This document shows positions 61,501-64,000 of a DNA stretch of 64,000 bases, piece after piece. The first letter of the stretch is position 1. Every line of letters begins with the position of its first letter. A program made the translations under genes and the position numbers. Source of the stretch: a virus; the IMG/VR virus record IMGVR_UViG_3300035396_000367, positions 1-64,000 of that record; one strand, given 5' to 3'. The notes under the pieces are model-generated. The model was not told the DNA's origin, ran no database searches, and worked only from the letters and a program-made list of their open reading frames with translations.

Positions 61501-64000
61501 AACTCTTTAGTTGATCTAACTTCACAGTTGCTGCGTCTAAAGATTCTTTTAAGGATTTGGCCTCGGATATCCTTTCAGTCAGTAGAGATTCTTCCTTACC
61601 CGTTGTACCTGACGTGCTACTTCCTTTTAAGTTATCCAGTCTTCTACTGAAAGCTATGTAAAGATTAGAAAACCTTTCATACACGTCTTTCGAACCTTGA
61701 TATGGAGATTGTTCCCGTACTTGAACCTGGTCTTGCTGGTCAGGTAACTCCCGCGTATGTGTACCGTATAACCCTGTATTTGTTAGTAAACTCTCAATCT
61801 GACTTAAGGAGCCTTCCTTAACTGGCTCATATGAACCCACTGTACCTCTAGACCTATTCCTAAGATATGCGTCTAGTACGTCAGAAAACTCTGATAAACG
61901 AACTAGCAGACTACTAACCGACTTAAAGTTTTTATCTTTTAAATCTCCTGTCGATACATCTATCTTTTTATCTGATAAATGCTGTTTCATACCCTCTATC
62001 TCTGCTGTAACATCCTGTATAAATTCTTGCGTGTCTGCAAAATACTCAGGATTTTCAGTGCCCTTATCACTTATCTCTTTAGACATCCCTTTCAGCTTAG
62101 CTAGTATCTTTAACGCAGCGTTATCAACACCCCCTTTTCTCTTAAAGTCTACTACACCATTTTTTGAACCTTTAGCTTCCTTCGCATAATCCTGGTACAA
62201 CTCTTTGTACGGGTTTCCTTGCTGCATTTTTAGCAAAGATTCTGTCTCACCTTTATGTGCAGACTCCTCTGTTTGATACCTATTGAACAAGTCAAGCGTA
62301 GGGTCTACTCTAACATCCTTAGATGACTCCACTAATACTTTTGCATAATTTGATTCTGTCTCAGGAGTTTTATTTGACGATATCATTCCACGTGCTATCT
62401 TATCCGAAAATACTTTTGATAGAGTTTCTCCGAATATAGCATTCTTATTTTTTCGTGGATCCATTTGTACTGTACTTAAACCCTCTTTTACAGTTGACTG
62501 TATGTGGCTCACAGACTCTGTAAATATTTTACCAATTTCTGCAGTTTTATCTATTACAAATTTTGTAGCTGTGTCCACACCTTTAAACATAGTCTTCTCT
62601 ACATTACCAACTGCCGAAGAAATATCTGCTTTATTAAAAGTGATATGAGTAGTAACTGTACCCAAAGCATCAACCATCTCAGCTATATGTACTTGTACTT
62701 TTTCACTTAACCCTTTAGATATTTCAGAAAGTTTACCCTCTATTACTGCTTTGTTTGAAGAAACGGAACCCTGCATAGCAAATGGTATACCCTCAGATGC
62801 AACAGATGCTTTCGACTCTATGTCTTTTCTTTTCTCTGTCGCCTTAGCTACAACCTTCTCCTGTGCATTTATCTTTGCAGACAGCTGAGGCATCTTCTCT
62901 GGTGTTAGTGGATTTGAAGGATTTACTTGAGCAGACTTTTCGATACGACTCTGCATTTCTTTTTTTAGCTTTTCTAAGTTATCTTTTGCAGACTTTTCAT
63001 ATTCCTGGTACGATGAAGTGTCACGTTGTTTATCACTTACAATATTCTCAATGTATGCGGGTGTTGCTTTAGTGAAATTATTAAAAGACTTTGATAACGA
63101 TAAATCAGGGGACTTGTACATAGCAGAAGTATCCAACGCTTTTTTTACGTCTAACTCTAGCTCTGATATTGCTTTATTTATTTTGTCAATTCGAGTAAAG
63201 TACACTTTTCGAACTTTGTCAGTAAGATTATCCGATTTTAGAAGTTCTTGTTTTTCAAACTTCTCTTTTGTTAATTCTGTTTTTTTAGAATAGGCTTCCT
63301 CTATTGTTTTCTGTGTCATTGAATGACCAGCACCTTGATTCTGCATTTCACGGTAATTATTTAGCTGAGCATCTCTTAACGAGAATGTCTGTTTTACAGC
63401 TTCTCTTCCTCTGGATGTGTCCCCTGCGTATCTGTCGAAATCAGCAGGTTTTCTATTTGATTGTTTTTCTTTTTTTAAAGATTCTAAACCCGCGACACCA
63501 GCGTCGGTGTTTAGCGCACCTTTAGATTTTAAAAAATCTGCGTACTTGCCTAACGCTTCATCCACCTGACTACCAAGCTTGCTATACTCGGGTGCACCGA
63601 TGCTTGAAAGTTTTGTAAAAGATTCTGCTATAACTCTTTGCAGTCTTTCTCCGTTTACACCAGTTACAGCAATCAACTGAACAAGTAGAGATTGTAATTG
63701 ATTTAAGTCTGACATCGGTTTAGCAACCGTATCTTTATGAATTTCTTCAGTTCCGGAAGCTACGGACTGACCTTGACGATAAAACCCTGCTGATTTTAAT
63801 TCTTCCCTTACAACCTCTCCAACATGCTTATCGCTGCTTCCAGCTTTAGAAAGTATTGTACCTATTTTTTCAATCGGCTTTAATCTGTCTTCAAGTGACT
63901 TAACTACTTTTTCGAACTGTTGAATTGAACGAGCTGTAATTTTCCCATCTTCTGAAGTTTTAACGGCTGATTGAGTTTGCTCTACTAATTTAATTAGAGC
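43559..64000 (-). CDS. Giant tape-measure protein (>6,800 aa; 5' end outside the window)
   Basis: TP901/PhageMin_Tail-like segment at about 55150-56050 (MLSVEEQVNTLRQV...AVAANVTDM...ILDSWNNVANKNAVTAKDLGEAV...GGSTIGRVMKQML), hydrophobic Gly/Ala segments at about 54400-55050, GG...EIPAVLHPGEVVIP motif at about 48140-48260, and coiled-coil composition. I read the frame from 63716 to 64000 and found no stop, so the gene extends beyond the ATG at 63715 given in the track. Confidence 0.9.
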   Translation of the reverse strand, partial: ALIKLVEQTQSAVKTSEDGKITARSIQQFEKVVKSLEDRLKPIEKIGTILSKAGSSDKHVGEVVREELKSAGFYRQGQSVASGTEEIHKDTVAKPMSDLNQLQSLLVQLIAVTGVNGERLQRVIAESFTKLSSIGAPEYSKLGSQVDEALGKYADFLKSKGALNTDAGVAGLESLKKEKQSNRKPADFDRYAGDTSRGREAVKQTFSLRDAQLNNYREMQNQGAGHSMTQKTIEEAYSKKTELTKEKFEKQELLKSDNLTDKVRKVYFTRIDKINKAISELELDVKKALDTSAMYKSPDLSLSKSFNNFTKATPAYIENIVSDKQRDTSSYQEYEKSAKDNLEKLKKEMQSRIEKSAQVNPSNPLTPEKMPQLSAKINAQEKVVAKATEKRKDIESKASVASEGIPFAMQGSVSSNKAVIEGKLSEISKGLSEKVQVHIAEMVDALGTVTTHITFNKADISSAVGNVEKTMFKGVDTATKFVIDKTAEIGKIFTESVSHIQSTVKEGLSTVQMDPRKNKNAIFGETLSKVFSDKIARGMISSNKTPETESNYAKVLVESSKDVRVDPTLDLFNRYQTEESAHKGETESLLKMQQGNPYKELYQDYAKEAKGSKNGVVDFKRKGGVDNAALKILAKLKGMSKEISDKGTENPEYFADTQEFIQDVTAEIEGMKQHLSDKKIDVSTGDLKDKNFKSVSSLLVRLSEFSDVLDAYLRNRSRGTVGSYEPVKEGSLSQIESLLTNTGLYGTHTRELPDQQDQVQVREQSPYQGSKDVYERFSNLYIAFSRRLDNLKGSSTSGTTGKEESLLTERISEAKSLKESLDAATVKLDQLKSSNAPVKEISSAKEAVSVVEKNIGEFVKKVVGVSGSRGKDSSTSVSRKWDETKQSVDGALINAFSEDRLRGIAEKLTPEQRLNAAIDQGQLSSADVQQSIDAIWNEYVTMPAKAYSDVSKVEGGKMPAFDLKKREQEALARIKKYIISVTKDLELVQRTKEDPDKTTYITKSGMSSDEIRNETGEPGSMKSSDPQLDELKSIGGFHASEGSRDRSAKDNDYERTINNMLDVFKGVSIDKLKYKHRMDKEGNLRSEPLTVQPTSIEETVKAFKSMGTSIGEFDESGDLVKNGRKLEVSKSEADAIRRLSDQMAVYFQKKVEVKGTSGKMEYKDSEFLGSERGIYSPTQEFFDELKKFKAKQILGKDYNDLTEKERTSLESPENKAAYEGFTVAELERLPEDLSKIMYGKDYKGLSSPEKGSVDERLKKVKGASRQNSPKYQEFIRTLMVRVQSDAQLKGNSASTRDFTEVADKVAAIDESILKNIGDRVVSAFSSKEGPDKELAAIISDIDSNVAVLDNVANLAKVESGVRPGTASTILSKRTKAVDNLAKLKVAIGQLKSAPAAERFDLVSMIDKLSARVSKDLEGIVIGIDQAAANYDESAAYSKRAYSAMSKIETASQIGQNSKPKKNKSALDTLKGNAVSVLTEINEKGMSFLDARSALSLAIDKADESQLLLLTDLTKAKDVFRGGNLDTAKLYTKTSQGRVVSTGFDERTRNQAKSGLSQVNSKIQDITESEITAKTEKGDRSHLSSDKSVLARVSGSMLIGDNRPEEIQKIMAGITASKEQGLDRNLEAFSSKLVFGDIKPSDLDTNTSGGQERVDALVKRLRDKLVSSIESFGETVDVKTREAIEASIHREIQWTREVLKKQEEQMLQSNIESGKTAPGTKIDPDKFSVAAALKYRFKNTAKEVGNYVNGSELAQKSIVYGDPETGRNLVDSKLATKIYDTDVVSQGTVSGANMEDAYAEGIRNMVATQGYGTKDSGLTPSGVQSIATRGMFGKSSLFGAVMGRDFSGKESESAAIGKNVHKSLENLSHIDFAKEIEAGYVAVEQKLDRSSDGASLGTVDEARAVKDGDGYRVKVRDYKTSTLSPTEVAEKSATQQALYQRSIPESDWGKSLGKITGIDTDIVHIPRKEFVKGLNTEGLLGENNKGTELELSAQLESRMTAIREASSKGTMSAADNTFLTSLRELVNRVATIVKVDKPIAEAEREVQLAGTSMSIVKDLGFQEHMNKPEVKSRFEAEVASSKNGDSSVKGKFLDEFLASKGLEFGDTFDAKTAYSKMSSFKGRSISDDELLEKSAAMESEKAKVINQATEDKKYATGSEEAKGFGECCDKLVKAITESGSMLKRTLEQIDQDVCDIKTRLSKASSGVPTLNAAAAETASGVKTPGKKVTGESYESLLSEIGDADKLSKYLKREARRANDSSKNIIERSSSSSALSNYLEPKEGAEAGTTLKGRLETIQALKQKIAGDGALDMGTELKIKDIERSLKELIESSDKAKESLQNMATTKKNSLWKDQASEVRLYARELSYLAATNKKIIGIAVESATTDKSKKEAISSVKRGISEYREELDKLRNIQGADKTFGVAAIKSAELELEKLEKMLIKISGMDATPKGLRTFEQLFAEVGKHASSVSQIAKTTRDANVPLEERLQSLKELAMVQKEYVTSLTAMGKVAKTPEQQSQAFNAFAKYDGLKASIASSKNAFEYDSAINSGDPTRIREIETSRVKEQMQDFNKRAKTTAAVAIDLKGQGFDVLSKEIIQTEKILDIRGREIGLLKMVIDSQGRVTTSIEESTNALRGGLAKQLETVMGRIAKFGAGSYLFYGIQAQARQAVGAMLSVEEQVNTLRQVMSEASTDFGKIKNDLYGIAQEMARPIDDVMGTAIEFSRQGLGQAEVTSLTKTTAVAANVTDMTQVEAMDNLTAATRQYSFSLKESMAILDSWNNVANKNAVTAKDLGEAVKQVGALAKISGLEFNRLNGMVAAMQEVTRKGGSTIGRVMKQMLTNMRTDKAEESLNSVGISIRKTAQEYRDAQDVFNDLAGSWNNITDAQKQQIALSLGQVRYGSFVTAMFENWDIVTKATTDSLYSNGSAMAENQIAMESTKRTLESLKNTWGEVVQVSGQLTLPVLDGGAKAIRGILSTVNELPGGVRTVVVGLGTVVTTTAVAATALKLLTGGQLDAFSLIGGLLKKNTIDSKKLAAEFAALKNVSVAGIDKEAVALGQTKVLQEGLNLSVKSEVGERAAVNSLLQQEIALMKIRESMSTGKGKISKKTSQLGDAATDVLAREAAAKATKETLSKKTKDVVKDTGRDIAVKGGLFAGLRGLFAGGAAGGGGAAAAGTLAIPPVAIAAAVAAAIAGIGVGAGAIKANTDVKGSKAMAGRRKDIEKDRYSLSENQGALEAYVSAASKVSNASNLNEKALDRELKLRKDLAGIMPGVVAGYTTYGVAVLKSASSLDVFAKTLRDIEEAREVDYIISLANAIDDVFTAMNRKGSGKWYEGISSLFGASLGTSRIEDLQKATTNKSQAEAALSVAKESGNEKLISKKSKEVKKATEEYVSSQAYINDAIEQMDSLFTKAGERGSGQVVNLLSTILEKSDTAGAFTINMTRQLEAFGTDYEKGLKVMISKMVGGDLANYIRNADVSQPVSEMTALSSRLAESVIKAPGADKALRERANQLAESLASGSVSVSTDLNGMYAGIAENVKLDADKAAKITENTLAVFTKRVKQANGEYKEVQSYLLNTDNKISVIDLSPKESLLTDGKLDQKKVDKYASEEMVKQYSSVNEAYTAAKGDGGELKQVQSIGAGPSVSYTDTLGIAQKSVKAFTETFEVLDKAIDKSVNKLSKMSSVSKEFLNFGDVELSDYNRYLEDMSKHIGSIVANYGDLFGAAVKIDAAMSSVVKEQSGQVAIVRKKSVVDQLSYSSEKGLLDEPGKKLFKTASVASTGKTTEDLGVYGKGYVDSVRASLEDVGSKISGEIDGIDLMEYATDFIQNNTDLPGKLLKKINETIKPGSVSSSKVSSVVDKTIEDAFSVEGMKEYLAKVTADYESLVNQSRKDIEDATAGLKKANNTQNAGKQAGKYFGKMVDEGKGTDIESVKAEVKFEYGISDKKGGEALAKEIHERYTHVMKAKEEVAKIKSLAEGMEKDASSAKGVFKKALTSISANETVGSFSTDTSVVRATSNEKTFAKLLVSIKNINTEANAIMNSGADLAMISRQNSLGEMLGLTQQSMGAVIAINNARGIGVDAAKAIYKGMISEQGGDKAKKSFGTVLASIEQEFKKSGGRSSEGMQKAIKEGLKKAGMGGTKEAEGFLEIFKAVGVDPRNLQVMSETMATMSKSMKEMGDDADGALGAAGSDAQQKSIEEQAKAMEQYLKITDLISKKKEEFKTAVREMATAFQGMGKVSAEGVGENFTKLSAAVGRSGGNIKETIDVMKKSGDPELVNYGKYLQEELTSMYVKAFGSIDLSVVKKSVDSIQKALAVDIFDNTFTSGKEALTQIRQLGQTLAELGVQYSEVTTFSKIFDEASKSAGNAEQMKEYKEKVQKNLDFIIGQFESLGMSIDKNSVKFESMTTSMLKNMYIVGDVANSLKQSVMDVGAAFSNINTVTSAIKGGGIQNYNDDKGRIDAAEKYVSTIKERILLLEKMKSVQQGNLQRETDPKKKEDISSEIKRMEESAQILGEELGKSNFELEKMRQRSSKLTLGRSLSEASALGKVYEGMGGAFDETGAKISAITSRVKDLNDEIGKFSENPELKFELKLEARQLFELKNVREMQGALDAVYESYRKIDSADHDRISQRISYVGTDAKKFSSGPSFAGGSIDQRSDALDKWKTVISTAKKQSMAGSEYVNPKLVSDMTAQYAKDSSSLGIDQLTDKLTTLEEVGRKIGNSKLFNNYEKMSSEFATELSRVQSILEDPNLQGSNWEESSAMLTTYISGLEKVKAISDALSAGKKYDADIKAITELSAALSGMGASGIVDSYYAAEDALVSFENVLKSVLSTVDIKSKEGREFLSQMFDVSIEANSMRIGKSINQTIDQLKKYSAIRKLYSAKGLSNTSLDMEESVVSEVSTAVDTLRDSYYKLTKQKEMFEKVAETDKSGDVSKKLVEISEKAKEAGDMLGKFETIWTKVQTTVGEVSAFKELQKSLNKTFAEVQVFGDSMNTAGDAADIYKDTIVSLIDVFTQGGKLSWDKVDDSAKSAIGGVQQYYSLMLDVQKANERMYSTVDSTVNRFNDFINSDLTDAESVITGITDMFASINSDARSNLMNDVGENLKKAFSKKVPIDEIRVSADASIKELLNSVDLLSVDLTNLLPALKEISAVSGVSLKDIVDKQKSALIEKIAATPDSISKDQMKSTLEQWEKILPNVSGPGGAGGSLGEDTFFQDLKIGFTDLIQGLANEFGVQLKGKKHAQGAVYMATGGGVVNGYYGSDMRNHEAYVAGEIPAVLHPGEVVIPARYAGSPGVQQIASRLPKYGSDGRRVSAASGSVISAAGGSASYMKSMVESIEVEVNSGEMAKLDETTKKEIEVSKELSIGLEKFSKELSRLRKDQDKSFFKFTEIMDSVKVMGSSDPVVEVTPGPVSVPVSTKSLNLSYIPETKQSNEFMLPEKREVRKESALDMVKTGNITTAVYKAGNVLSSKLAEMKIIASGFGKYVSKNVKANISEYKAKREVTAATKKSNKIAEEQNLKNFDVKSYVNKGGFGTSYSLIRGMKKYESSQELEQSKKFYEKRALNLRPEREKLQEGRSKAFKTGDFDTFFSKSKEINKNLAESAVAFGKETKFKLQSMRSDTSRFRQDVRSVLKGMDKEAVEAMRDSWSERLKKSKAMGAQGASKEDKKMYRAEQSEVRKNLFFKEMDEKRKIAGTAVKEQGGNMGLAFLSGMSGNSELYEYARGKASDDNKKESFEKVESKSLEEQKEKEGAKVDIKALAGAVQSGSSSSKSTAATSASSSKGAMSGDKGAAAADIFSMLGAATDKFEEQIREKIWDGILGTRSNYAEMKEKGLDKYVAKGEGDREDLQEEMAKNRKLGRETGETVGGAIGSIWGPLGKAIGTQMGQAIGVQVSSILTRAFNKETKQERKFREAQNQTKALTLQLESARMIESAASLLYKSVDDLLGGMSDIMSAVASDLGAFANNTAWVQMRDMFETDNGLSVSGGQLVADTATIKSNMGFNDFKAKQSSLYSSEDWSSFATFDEGMKEGAWWDEEAEKRKGTAIGNSKDISAKLGLDENLSEAEAMLYASMQEARYSVEQVSESFDTLSERVQGKIDKIAEIWTAAGGDVKEFGKGLSKAALATMEFIQVFRATQDGGREFDFQGAMDRMFLKTGSRTMQVDQLNTDKSRIASEKTALENEASAAYKTNDELKEEAKKGLLWTTADEERYQTAILLQTQQQSEYATKIKEKAEALKAIDDQIAALSTANVGDVQKFVDDMQKITGAVNKMMDGATDTKRAWDLIGSALDSAKAKNAGFYESLKGAASGLGMVGDWVSKLRKNTSGGFDFSTSGNKKFKDMSSGSSSFVSDIQSGNFMNQTDLTNYLLSNNIAKSSVTGSNTALSQSQLQQIASLDKGVADQVGNMGVIELTRALANYRVSSANETSDVYKFQTDSFVSVIATGMDNFVYTAEVKFSSIENMFNEWTSKNKLKIEGINKAFDEFRSFAENIDGSAFAGSVSGMGAGNVLDAYNAMPKQMTQIFSETARGNLELTDEIKTFYGEQIQLAAAQADALSIASAAQSVSRVGVVGRISTGLSGTSMTATQITTALTPLNAAITAGVSLSPNELDGLIGVITDQLGNSTEGLALTAELISVNNDVMSINSRAADQQAEVVSLTKEANDLLRKQYELYKSEHGKATDEKSFIQANLDALRNLQQSFNRDTGGVYTTDKGEVDRISEAEDLYLRSVGNGQFEIAKTLQEFSEMYGQKVVSGPKDISTWSQVRPVTNNFTIQIDADFIDPSQLDADRQRSLAMVIRGALEDENLRYSE
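58100..58560 (-). other. PD-(D/E)XK (RecB-like) nuclease domain embedded in the tape-measure protein
   Basis: Motifs in the expected order: LTPS (58541-58552), GKNVHKSLE, VAVEQKL, GTVD (58304-58315), VRDYKT (DYK at 58247-58255), QQALY (58187-58201). Confidence 0.75.

Noticed and set aside
215-63525. The many 60-190 aa plus-strand ORFs and short alternative-frame minus-strand ORFs in the track
   Set aside because: All overlap long, motif-bearing minus-strand genes and have the Ser/Thr/Leu/Phe-rich composition of antisense shadows, with no recognisable motifs.
1-64000. Stop-codon reassignment, as seen in some large phages
   Set aside because: Genes are full length and tightly packed under code 11, and TAA, TAG (dnaB) and TGA (REC, TMP) all serve as stops.
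1-64000. tRNA, rRNA, integrase/transposase, intrinsic terminators
   Set aside because: Intergenic gaps are nearly all under 70 nt. I found no cloverleaf, no recombinase motifs and no GC-rich hairpin followed by a U-tract.

Overview
This window is a segment of a large, tailed dsDNA phage genome (probably siphovirus-like; AT-rich). Every credible gene is on the minus strand and intergenic gaps are very short. In transcription order (right to left): (1) a giant tape-measure protein of more than 6,800 aa, open past the window edge and carrying an embedded PD-(D/E)XK nuclease domain; (2) a Dit-like protein, a Tal/hub-like protein and three large fibre/adhesin proteins rich in CBM5/12-like and other repeats; (3) a three-gene sulfation module (sulfotransferase, APS kinase CysC and a small HxGH nucleotidyltransferase with a GRD motif) inserted among the fibre genes, followed by a DUF4376-like protein and a LamG-repeat protein; (4) a lysis-type cassette in which holin-like membrane genes are translationally coupled to a stand-alone receiver domain, an unannotated 52-aa membrane protein and a 6TM-PAS-degenerate GGDEF (AGNEF) protein, followed by a membrane-anchored papain-like protease and an Amidase_2 endolysin; (5) a replication block (Zn-ribbon protein, SF2 helicase, putative initiator, PC4-like protein, RuvC-like resolvase, an unannotated 46-aa membrane protein, DnaC-like loader, DnaB helicase, Dam methylase). 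Two promoter classes and an RBS-sequestering hairpin are visible. All family calls come from reading motifs by eye; no database searches were run. The best candidates for undescribed systems are the signalling module inside the lysis cassette, the phage PAPS/sulfation pathway with a possible minimal ATP sulfurylase, and the nuclease-bearing tape-measure protein.
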